Source: the human T2T-CHM13v2.0 reference genome, Homo sapiens. From it: a DNA stretch of 64,000 nt. The position numbers were made by a program, and so were the translations under genes. A model generated the notes under the pieces. It was not told the DNA's origin and did no database searches. It saw nothing but the letters and a program-made list of their open reading frames with translations. How positions within the stretch are numbered: the first letter of the stretch is position 1; each line of letters opens with the position of its first letter. Shown here piece by piece: positions 1 to 10,763 of the stretch. Location: NCBI RefSeq assembly GCF_009914755.1, contig NC_060930.1; one strand, written 5' to 3'.

Positions 1-540
1 CAGTTAAAAAAAAAAGAAAAGAAGTTATGAAAAAAGAATAAACAAGTTTGATGACATTAAGTTAGAAGCTTCTGCAGTCAAAATAAGGTAGCCCAAATGG
101 GAAAGCAAATAGTATTTTCAGCAAATAAGGAAAGGGCCAATAACTATATTAAATAAAATGCTCACAAATACTTATTTTTTAAAATGACCCCATTAATAAC
201 TGATAGAAATAAAACAGATGAATAAGTGTCCAAAGAGAAATACTACTAGTAAATTCGTGAAAAATGTTCAAACTTGGTAAGAATCAAAGAAAAGCAAATT
301 TGAACAAATTAGCAAAAACAGATAATTCCTGATATTTTCAAAGCTATGGACAGACTAGACATTTCTAAACTTCCTATTGCAATTGAAGGTCAGTGTCAAC
401 TTTTTGGAAACCAATAGACATAAAAATTGTCTCGTTTTGACTTAGTAATTCTACTTCTGGAAATATAATTTAAAGAATATTTTAAAAGAATGAAAGGATT
501 GTATCTCTAAAAGTATATGTAGTAGTGAAATATTAGAAAT
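1..540 (+). mobile_element. Highly decayed old L1 (L1M-type) ORF2-end/3' fragment
   Basis: A-rich with decayed L1 motifs (aaaatgttcaaacttggtaagaatcaaagaaaagcaaatt; ttttgacttagtaattctacttctggaaat). Confidence 0.5.
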
Positions 541-549
541 AAACTGCAA

Positions 550-871
550 GGCCGAGCGTGGTGGCTCACACCTGTAATCCCAGCACTTTAGGAGGCTGAG
601 CTGGGTGGATCACCTGAGGTCAGGAGTTCGAGACCAGCCTGGCCAACATGGTGAAACTCCACCTCTACTACAAATACAGAAATTAGCCAGGCATGGTAGC
701 ACATGCCTGTAATCCCAGCTACTCGGGAGGCTGAGGCAGGAGAATCGCTTGAACCGGGAGGCAGAGGTTGCAGTGAGCTGAGATCTTGCCACTGCACTCC
801 AGTCTGCAGTCTGGGTGACAGAGTGAGACTTTGTCTCACAAAAAAAAAAAAAAAAAAAGAATGAAAAAAAA
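550..871 (+). mobile_element. AluS (Sx/Sz-like), full length
   Basis: GGCCGAGCGTGGTGGCTCAC start, two arms, A-tail; aaactgca on both flanks (TSD remnant). Confidence 0.95.
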
Positions 872-1357
872 GAAAACTGCAGGTATCGCTCAACATTTAA
901 GTAATTAAGCAAATACTCTTCCTGCATAAATAAGATTTGTAAATAAAAATTATAAAGACTAACAATGTGGAAAGTATTTGGTGGGCTACTAAGCAAGAAA
1001 AAATTGTGCTTTCCTAGAAGGCTTCATTGGGTTTTTAAATCTCATGTGCCAGTATTGGGTCATATGTTTATCTCTAATGCCATCATAAGAAGAACAATGG
1101 GATAACTATGATTGACTTTGAACAATCATTTTGGGGAAAAAATAATGGGTGATACTGAAAAGCATAAAGGAATGAGGACCATCAAATGATGTTCTTAGCG
1201 ACAGAATAAGCACTAGACATGTGAGAGTAGGGAGAGATGGATGTCGTATATAAGAAAATAAATAGAAATTATGTGTATTTAGAAAATTGGGGAATTAGAG
1301 GGATGACTGGCTACTTAAGTAAGATATAAAAAATCTTTCTCTCCAATCCCTAAGGAA

Positions 1358-1429
1358 CAGAAAGGGAAGGAGGAAGGAAAGAAGAAAGAAAGGAAGGAAG
1401 GAAGGAAAGGGGAAGGAAGGAAAAAAAAA
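1358..1429 (+). repeat. Polypurine (GGAA/GAAA)n tract
   Basis: About 70 nt of uninterrupted purines including GGAA x4. Confidence 0.9.
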
Positions 1430-3178
1430 CATGAGATGAAGAAAGAAGGAGTGAGAACAAAGAAAGATAAAACATTACTTCCATAGATTATCAATCTTAG
1501 AAAAGGGGGTATCTAACCCCCCTCTATATAAAACAAAGACTTTTATCATCATGTTTTCAACTTACAGATAGTATCAGGAATATAAGGCCTCAGACAATCT
1601 GCTAGGAAGGTAGCTGAAAAGCTTACAACTTTCTTGTGAAGCTTAAAAAGCAAGCAAGAAAAAACAAACAACAACAATAAAAAGAGTGAGGCACTCTCCA
1701 AAGAAGGCAATACAAGATCCAGTCTGATCCAAAGTACAGTAGGTAGACCTCTACTCTTTTAAGGTGCAGTGTGCAAACTAAGCCATGATAAGAGACAAAA
1801 AACTGGGAAGGTGTAGCAGTCAACCAGAAGTCTCAACAAAGAGCACCTTTCCTCAAGAGAGTTGAACTTAAAAGGAAAAAAAAAAAAAAAGCTCAGGGAA
1901 GATCAGTTCAAAGCAGCCAACCTCTCTAACGATGGAACATCAGAGACGTGGGTAGACGTTGTTTGGAAAATGCCTCTTGTTGGCAGTTCATTTGCAAGGG
2001 AGATGATAATATCCATTTTTATATTCCTCCACTAGCCCACATTTCTGGAGTGCTTTGTGATGAGTTTTAGGTAGGAAAGCAACAGATGTGTTGTAATCAC
2101 TGGAAGAAAGAGTCTAGGTCTGGGAACAGGCATACTTCCCTGTTGACTCCACCGAGGCTGTACAGCCATTTTTCCTGGAAGAGAGTTGATAGTTACTTTT
2201 ATTGAGTATCTATACAAATTCTTTTCAGAACAAGGAAATATATTCATTAAATCTTCCAGAAATTGGATTTCCTGGTTCTTTAAGCCAGTGATGTGAATTA
2301 TCACTTTGTCTGGGCATCACAGAGATGGTTGCCCTCCATTGATACCCAGGAAGCTGTGACCGGGGGATCCTAGGGAGAGAATTCAGTTCACCCACCTGCC
2401 ACCCAACCTTACTTCTGGTGATGATAGGAAATAAAGTGGTTTCACTGCCGCCAGTCTTGAATGTAAAAATTAAAGTATAAACTCAGTGCTCTCACTTGAC
2501 AAAAAAATAAAGATGGGAGAAGTTTCTTTTATGTCTCAGGAAATTATTACATTTTGGTGAAACGCTTAGAGGTATAATATGAGCTGGATAATTTTCACAG
2601 CATTTGATGTACTGAATGTTGTGGGGCTTTTCCATGACACATAATCAGTATTAAGCCAACATTTATAAAATAAAAAATGAAACCAAGTTTCTCACCAGGA
2701 AAATTGGTTTCCATTCAACAAGATATCCTACGGCATCCTTATAATTTTTAGGTTTCAGTTCTTAGTAGTCCCTTTTACCACAAGGGATGACAGTTACAAA
2801 ATAAAGAATCCTTGGTGTCCCCTCAAAGGAAGTGTACCAAAATATTAGGAGAGTATCTGACCCCAAGTAAATTAACATTTAATGATAACCATTGGTTTGG
2901 TACTTCTTCTTGACCTTTTTTGATTATAAAAAACAACAAACATTGCTGTTATATTTTATTTTTCTCTTCTAAGTAACTTTATAGGTCAATCCTCTTCCTA
3001 ATATTGTATTTAGTATAATAAAATTGATTTTAACATGTCTGAGAGCAATATAAATTAATGCTATTGATATTATATAAATTTATGGCATTGTATGAACTAA
3101 ATAGGGTAAGATACAATCCCTGCCCTTTAATAGCACACAACTGAACAAGGGAACTAAAACATATACACTTATAAAACT

Positions 3179-3183
<5 letters not shown>

Positions 3184-3237
<54 letters not shown>
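3184..3237. repeat. Perfect (AT)27 microsatellite
   Basis: 54 nt of uninterrupted AT dinucleotide. Confidence 0.98.
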
Positions 3238-3240
<3 letters not shown>

Positions 3241-3317
3241 GGACTGAACGCTAATGGAGTAACAATAGGACTAAAAACAGTGACCAAAGAGGGTTAAGGA
3301 CCACAGTATTTTCAGCA
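3238..3317 (+). repeat. 80-bp local direct repeat, copy 1 (copy 2 at 6427-6506)
   Basis: 77/80 identical, no indels. Confidence 0.95.
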
Positions 3318-3384
3318 TAAAACTAGGAGGTAGGTGCAACAATCATATACATATATATGATTATGTTGATGCTTGTCAAAAGCT

Positions 3385-3520
3385 AGTCTTCTACCCACAA
3401 TTCATATCAAATACATTTAGTAGCCTTGTTAAAATGCATGTGCCTAGGTACCCTCTCAGAATGATTAAATAAAACATTCAGGAGAATGGGGCCTAGGAAG
3501 TTGGATTTTAGAGCCACTCC
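3385..3520. mobile_element. MER5-like hAT-Charlie DNA transposon relic
   Basis: ccttgttaaaatgcatgtgcctagg...ggggcctaggaa...tttt resembles the MER5A core. Confidence 0.55.
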
Positions 3521-4239
3521 AAAGCTTGGAAAATTTTGCATGATATAAACCTACCAGAAAATATTAGGGACTAGAAGTTCTCCAAGGAATTAGTGGCAGG
3601 AGGTTACCGCTCGTTGAGGCAATCAAGAAAGGTGACTGAATATGTGAGATTTGAACTTGGTTTTTGAATAACAATCCATATTTTGGCAGTGGTAAGAACA
3701 CATTACAAAAGTTCAGAAAGTAAAACATTAAAAATATGTCGATGGGAAAAGAAAGCCAATGACTTTTGCTAAGATTGAGAAGTTCTTATAGAAGAAACTA
3801 GAAAGATCATTTTAAAAGATTCTTGAATGCCTAGCCACCATCCCTAGAATCTCTCTAATTTTCAAAACATTAGGTGGGTAAATATTTATTTATAAGTAAT
3901 ATAATTACACTCATAAAATATGGCTTGTTTTAAGATTGCAAATGTTTCGGAATTGCTGGGCTACAGATGGCCTTAACAGAGCACCCACAATCCTAAAAAA
4001 AAAAAAAAAATGTAATGTTGAAATATCTCTGAATCGCCTTTCCTCAGTACTGTGCCAGCCCCAAAGAAACCAGGAGTTTTGTGAGAATTACAAAAATAAA
4101 TGTTCCTGCTCCCACGGTGGCCAGTAGAGACTCTGCTTTCTATTTGTAATTCAAAGAAGCTGATGTGTGTTCTGAGTCCTCCCTCAAACACATTTATTCT
4201 CTTTCATGAGAGGGAAAGGGAGCACTGCAAGTCTATTCT

Positions 4240-4389
4240 TTGTTTCTTCTTTTTTCAAACTGACACATAGTAATTGTACATATTTGTGGGGCACATGTGA
4301 TATTTTCACGCATTTATACAATGTGTGATGACCATATCAGGGTAATTAGAAAATCTATCACCTCAAACATTTATCGTTTCTTTGTGTCA
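4240..4389 (-). mobile_element. Short 5'-truncated L1MA-type 3' end with intact 14-bp TSD
   Basis: T-rich tail then taattgtacatatttgtggggcacatgtga...atcacctcaaacatttatc; TSD tgcaagtctattct at 4226-4239 and 4390-4403. Confidence 0.85.
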
Positions 4390-5609
4390 TGCAAGTCTAT
4401 TCTGATCCCGAAAGTCAAAACTCCCATCCCACTGGTTGCTGAGTAAGGGAAACAAGCTGAAAAGTTAACTGTTGGAAAATCTAGCACAGTGTATCTACTT
4501 CCTACTTTGTATTTGTATTAATAGGTGAGTTCCTACCACTGCCTTTTTCTGTGAAGGTGAAACCTAATGTGAGCCACATCTCCATTCCTTCTAGTGCCCT
4601 GCTGGTGGCAGCAGGAGAGCGAGTACAGGTAATTCACAATTAGGTGTTGGACAGAACAAGGCTGTCAGATCCAGGTAAAAGCACACCATGCTGTTTGAAA
4701 GATCTGGTCCCTGGTTGGGAATGCCTCACTGTTTCTTTGAAGACTTTCTCCTCAAGGCGAAAGCCAAGATCTAAGTAAATAAAAGAGGAAAGGAAAAAGA
4801 AGGAGACTGCAAGAAACCAAAAGAACAGAACAGAATGCAATATTTGAATCTGGAGAATGCTGTAAGTTCTAAATTAATAGGACCATAATTAAAAATAGAT
4901 CTTGCATAGTAAAGTTCTAGTAAGATCAAGGATCCAAGAGAAAAAAATATATGTGGGGGTTTAACTTACACTTTTGAGAATGTTTTTATGCAACTTTTTT
5001 CTTATATCCACATGAAGCATAAAAGCCTAGAAGAATTCAAAGGGACATGGTACAAAACAAGAGACCAAAAGCTGAGGTTTAAAGAAAGTGGTAAAATAAG
5101 TAAAGAATGTATATGGTTAGGAACTGAAGAGTACCAAAGAAAATGGAGTTGGTAAGAATGAGAATGTGGTGGAAAGGAGTAGGGTGGCAGGGGAGTCAAG
5201 AGATTTTAGTTAATGGCAAAACACACCTGAAGAAAATTTAAAAACCCACAAATAGAGAAACAGCTTTTGAGATTTTCCTCTCTCTCCTATGATGATTATG
5301 CCATTTTTGCTGCATCAGAATGGGTGAACATCATCATAGCAAGCTCTTCTCCTTCTGCAGCTCCCAGGGTACATCCAGGTTCACCTCCTGCTAATCTTTA
5401 TTCTCCTTCCTTTTAGGACTTAAGATATATTTTGCAAAACTTCTGAACATAATTGTCATTCACAATACCAGAATTGCTGGAAGCAACTACTTTTCCAGGA
5501 AAAGTTCTGCATAGTTTTTGTTTTTCAGACATATCAGCTCTAGAGAGTGTTCACTATCATACTTTTTATTGAAACATGTTGCCCATACATAGGAGGCATG
5601 TTCAGAATA

Positions 5610-5713
5610 ACATGAACAAAATAGCAGAAAGAAGTACAGGACAAAATCTAGGCATGTTATTCTGAACATGCCTAGATTTTGTCCTGTACTTCTTTCTGCT
5701 ATTTTGTTCATGT
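5610..5713. repeat. Perfect inverted repeat, 49-bp arms, 6-nt spacer
   Basis: 5610-5658 is the exact reverse complement of 5665-5713; spacer attctg. Confidence 0.98.
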
Positions 5714-5964
5714 ACATATTCAAAGTAAACTCGAGTCTGCTTTTCCACTTAAGAAAGACTGCCTTTCTCAACACAATGGGATAAAAAACAAACAAAAACC
5801 TCTTGAGCTTGCTCCCAATTTCTCTCTGTGACAGAGTTAAATGAGAGATGCTGAGGTGATAGTAATCACTATATCCTGCATCATTATTGTGATGGTACTG
5901 GATCATTATTATATTATGCCTATATTATTATGCAAGTCAATTAAAATGATTATTAAAAGTAACT

Positions 5965-6190
5965 AATTGTTTTTAAGTCTTACTGTGAGCCAGACACTAT
6001 TCTAGGAGTTTTTCATGTATTAGCACATTTAGCTAAAATAAAACTAGGAGAAAGGGGTGATAATGAGCCTTGTTTTACAGATGCAAAAACTGATTCATAA
6101 AGAAATTAACAAGTTTGCCCAAGATTACTTAGCTAGGAAGAAGTGGAGCAATAATTCTAACCCAAGTTTTACAGCCCTGAATCCTAATAA
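5965..6190 (-). mobile_element. MIR SINE
   Basis: ttttacagatgcaaaaactga...ttgcccaagattac is the reverse-complement MIR core. Confidence 0.75.
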
Positions 6191-6217
6191 CATTTTTACT
6201 TTTACAAAATAAGTGGG

Positions 6218-6261
<44 letters not shown>

Positions 6262-6286
6262 ATATGTATATATACACACACACATA
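6218..6286. repeat. Compound (TA)/(TG)/(CA) microsatellite
   Basis: Alternating purine-pyrimidine tract. Confidence 0.9.
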
Positions 6287-6426
6287 CTTACACAACCCAA
6301 ACACATAAGCAACACACCCATAGGACTTTGATTTATGTACAATGAGCATCCTTCGTTCAGCCAAGTAAAAAGGTTATAGACAACAAACCCAATACACATC
6401 ACCATGAGAGATTTAATAATAGTCTG

Positions 6427-6506
6427 GAAGGACTGAATGCTAATGGAGTAACAATAGGACTAAAAACAGTCACCAAAAAGGGTTAAGGACCACAGTATTT
6501 TCAGCA
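6427..6506 (+). repeat. 80-bp local direct repeat, copy 2 (likely donor)
   Basis: 77/80 identical to 3238-3317. Confidence 0.95.
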
Positions 6507-8399
6507 GCTTTGGTCTGAATGGGTGCCCTGAGTGTTTATCATGTAAGTAAACACTGGAAAGAAGAAAACACTCAAGAAACTTCATGAATATGGGGGAAGG
6601 AAGTCCACTGATATAGGAGGTATTAGTTGACAGGGGACCTCCCTACCTGAAATGCCTAGGGCAGCTTCATTGGAAAGGCTGGTTATGGGTTTCTAGGATA
6701 CTAGAGTTGAGATTGAAGTATCTTTTGAGGTCTTCTGTTCAGTAGAGCCAATCACTTCTTGCCCACCTCTATGGCCCATCTATTGGTTACTTTGCATTCA
6801 TGTATCAGTGGGTGACAAGATTGACCCTGAGGATAAACTCTTATATTGGTATTCTGTGTCCATTGGCAATTGTCTCAAGTCTTCCTCCCTAAGGTTTCAA
6901 TTACAGAAGATAGTGTTAACTTTTCATAGGCTGCAATTTAACATCTGCTCCCGCCAGGTTTATTTTATCTGGCCTGGGAGAAATAACATAAGTAACACTT
7001 CCCCTCTCCCCTGCTCTGCCTGATGAAATGAGATATAAAACACAGAATGGTGACAAGGAGGAAAACATATTGAAGTTCCTTTACCTTTGCTGGATTAAGT
7101 ATTCAGAGATCAAAGAGAGTATTAACAGAGCCTTAATTAGGTGATAGAGAAAAGAATATTGATGCACTTTTCCTTCCTTTGATGGGTTACAGAATATGGT
7201 TTATGTGTCATTATGTAACTATCATCAGTCCCCTTGTTTACAACTGGACTAAAAAGGCTGCATGGATAAGGCTTGAAACAAGAAGTAAAAATAGTAACTA
7301 GAAATAATAATAGATGCAAGTAAATATGGTGTAAAAAGGCAATAACTGTAGGAGCTTTCATTAATCCTTACTCCCATTTCTAATAAACTTAATGGGAAGT
7401 TGTAATATGTATCCCTTAGAAATACACAGCAGCAGCCCCATGGATGTGAAACAGAGGTGCATAGAAGGGAATCTTGCTGATTTTGCTGTCTAGACTAGGG
7501 CTTACATTGATTAATTTTTATAAAAATAATGAAAGAAGACCTGGCCAATAAAAACAGAATTAACTAAAGGAAGGCTTTGGGACCCAAATGCAAGTTAAAT
7601 GCCTGCAATTCCAGGAAGAGAATTCGTTATTGGTTATTTGATTTTTGTAGTTGTTGTTGTCTGTGCATAAGTAACAGAAGATAGTTGGCCACATCCTGTG
7701 ACTTTAAACTATTGAAGCTTTCCCCCAACTATTGTTTCTCAAACTTTACTTGTTGAGACAACAAAGAGGTTCCTAGGCTGTTTCCCTTAGCTAGAGAGAT
7801 GAAAAGTGAAAGTGGAAGTGGTAAATTAAGACAGAACACCTGGCATTTTTAAGAAAAATTACTAATAGAAACTTTTTAAAAATTATCTCTTGAGGAAGTA
7901 AAATTTTAGGTTAAGGAAGAGCTTAACAATTTAAAGAAATGCCATGTTCTTTCTTGATCTGTACTCATTCCCTATAATAAAATGCCAAACCAGAAAAGTC
8001 ACAATTTCTTGTGAAATTCAAGTACACTCCTTCTTAAGAAGAGGCTTTAATTGCTATTAGATGAGACATGGCAAACAAATTGTTACCTAGTTTATAACAA
8101 AACTATAAACATGGCCCCAATGAGTCAATTAACCATAGTTGTTTAAATATATCAATAGTAGTTCCTATATATCACTGCATATAAGACATCTATATGAGAA
8201 TTGTGTTCCAAGTAGGGATGTCGCCCCCACAAAATGAAAGGAAAGTTTTCTGTGCAGGGTCGCATTGGTGAAACATATTCTGGATAACATAAAAGCTAGA
8301 GTACCTATTACTTGAAGCATGTTCAGCCTAAGAAATACCACCTGTGTAATAGGACAGAACACATTGATTCAACATTATTTTAAGGTAGATAATCTATAA

Positions 8400-10090
8400 A
8401 ATTATAACAAGGCAAAAGCTGATTATTTTCGGTATAATCAAGAGATTACACAATATCCATTGATTTTCCATATATACAAAATTTAAAATGTTGCATCGTA
8501 ATTACATTTCCCTAGATCAGCTGGAAATTTAAATTGAATCACTTATAACAGTATTCTAAAAATAACATGTCTAGGAATAAGTCTATGAAATATATGTAAG
8601 ACTTATATGGAGAATATTATAAATGTTATTGTAAAACATTTTTGAGATCTAAATAAATGGAGACACATACTCTGTTTGTAAAGTCTCAATATCATAAGGT
8701 CAAATTTTCCCAAATTGATATATAAATTTATTGCAGTTTCAGTCAAAATTCCAGAGTTCTTAAAACCGAGAATTGACTCAATGCTTCTAAAATTTAAAGG
8801 GAAAAGAAAAGCATTAAGAATAACTAAATACTTCTGAAAAAGAACAAAAGAAACAAATGTGTGGCATGAGGGGTGTATACCATACACTAAAAATGAGAGA
8901 TAACAAATGAGAAAGCTACACATAGGCCCATAACAAAGGAACGAAGAGACCAGGAGTTGGTCCACAAAACAGGTTGATGCATATATGGGATCTTGTCATA
9001 TGACAAAGCTGCTATAACACATCAGTGGGTAAAGGATACACAACTTAACACAAGGTGCAGGGGGAAAAAAAACAATTATTCTCATTGGAAAAGAGTAAAA
9101 TTCCTGGAATTGTCACAAAAATCAATTTCAGGTGGATTAAAGACTAAAATGTAAAAGACAAGACTTAAAAGTGTTTTCAAAATTACATAAGAAATACTTT
9201 TAAGAACTAGAATAGTAAAGGGGTTCATAAACAAGCTACTTTTAAAAAAAGATTGATAACTTATTTCATTAAATTTGAGATCTACAATTTAACAAAAGAT
9301 TCCATGAAGAGACTGAAAAGACAATAAAATACTTGAAATATGCATAACAAAAGGATTAGTATCCAGACTACATAAAGAATTCCTTCATATCAGTAAGAGA
9401 AAAATGCATAATAGCCAGGAACAGGCGTTTCACCAAAAAGAAAACACAATTGAACAATAAACATGTAAAAAGATATTCAACTTCATTAGTTATAAAGGAA
9501 GTATGAATTAAAATCAAAGTAAACTATGTTTTAAATTAGAAAACAAATAAAAACATGTCAATGCCTTAACAAGGATTAATTGTCAACGTAGAATGAGTAA
9601 ATTGCTTGTGGTATATTTATTCACAAATGTAATTTCAATAAAGATGAATGCCTATTCATAAAATGAAATATTAGTGAAAATGAATAAAGTCAACTACACG
9701 TTTCTACATGGAAAAACCACAAAAATATAATTTCCATGAGAAAAATGCAACTCACACAAAAATGTAGTCTGTATAATGTTGATATAAAGATCAAAAACAG
9801 GCAGAACTAAACAATATATTATCAGAGAATACATACAATTATAGTAAAAATACAACTTAAAGCCATGTAAAAGATTAGCATGAGTCAGGATTGTCATTAC
9901 CGGCAGAAGGCAAGGAATCATGGGTGATTAGGGAGGACAATGCAGTTGTGGTGGGACACACAAGGTGACAGATGACTTTTACTCCTTAAGTTGAGCTGCG
10001 GATGTATATGTCTACATTATTATTTGTTAAGTGATATATAAAAGTTATTGATAACTTATGTATAATATATTTTACACTTTTAAAAATTGT
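8400..10090 (+). mobile_element. Old L1 (L1MD/L1ME-type) ORF2 3' part and 3'UTR
   Basis: Decayed ORF2 motifs (gatctaaataaatggagacac; cccaaattgatatataaatt; aaaatcaatttcaggtggattaaagac; aaaggattagtatccaga). Confidence 0.8.
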
Positions 10091-10544
10091 TCACATATAG
10101 TGAAATTTCAAATTGAGTCTAAGATACATCCATCACTGGGGCTAAGGTAAATTTGTGGATTTCTGGTAAACTGATTTATAGGGAACACCAAGGAATTCCT
10201 TTGGAAATAATGTAGTCTTGAAGCAAAGTGGTCAGGTATGTCACCTTTATTACTGAGAAAAATTAGAAAATACAGAAAGTATGTCCTTAATTTTACACAG
10301 GGCTGGAGCTCCTGTTAGAGTAGGGGGTTGACAGCCAGGAAATTTTAGGATATCCACATGTTTATCCTATAGTCCTTATCTAAGAACCCTTTAAATTAGG
10401 CATAATTTTCTCCATTTGGGAATGGGCTTTTCACGGGTTCCACAAGAAGATGGGCTCAATGATGCCATTTATTCTATGGTGAACAGATCTGAATTCTGAA
10501 TTCTAATCCAGGGCTTCAAGTAGAGCCCATATTCTTTCCCCTTC

Positions 10545-10763
10545 CCTGGAATTTCTGACCTTCTTTACTATTGACATTTAGGGCTGGATATTTCTTTGTG
10601 AGATCTTTCCTGCGCATTGTAGGATGTTTAGCTGCCTCTCTGGCTTCTATCTAATAGATAACAGTAGCACACCATACCCCCATCCCCAAGCTGTGACAGC
10701 TAAAATATCCCCAGACACTGCCAGATGTCCCCTGCATCGCAAAAGTCCCTTTTGGAAACCACT
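10545..10763 (+). mobile_element. MER20 (hAT-Charlie)
   Basis: actattgacatttagggctggata...cattgtaggatgtttagc...ccagacactgccagatgtccc...aaccactg. Confidence 0.85.

Noticed and set aside
588-996. Alu-derived ORFs (also near 18206-18736, 27047-27457, 27935-28527, 35947-36219, 51679-51939, 56527-56833)
   Set aside because: Typical Alu translations ([18 protein letters not shown]); not genes
1358-1429. GGAA tract as an EWSR1-FLI1 response element
   Set aside because: Only about four consecutive GGAA units; ordinary purine-rich low complexity
5487-5906. 139-aa minus-strand ORF across the hairpin
   Set aside because: No recognisable domain or exon structure; composition typical of chance AT-rich frames
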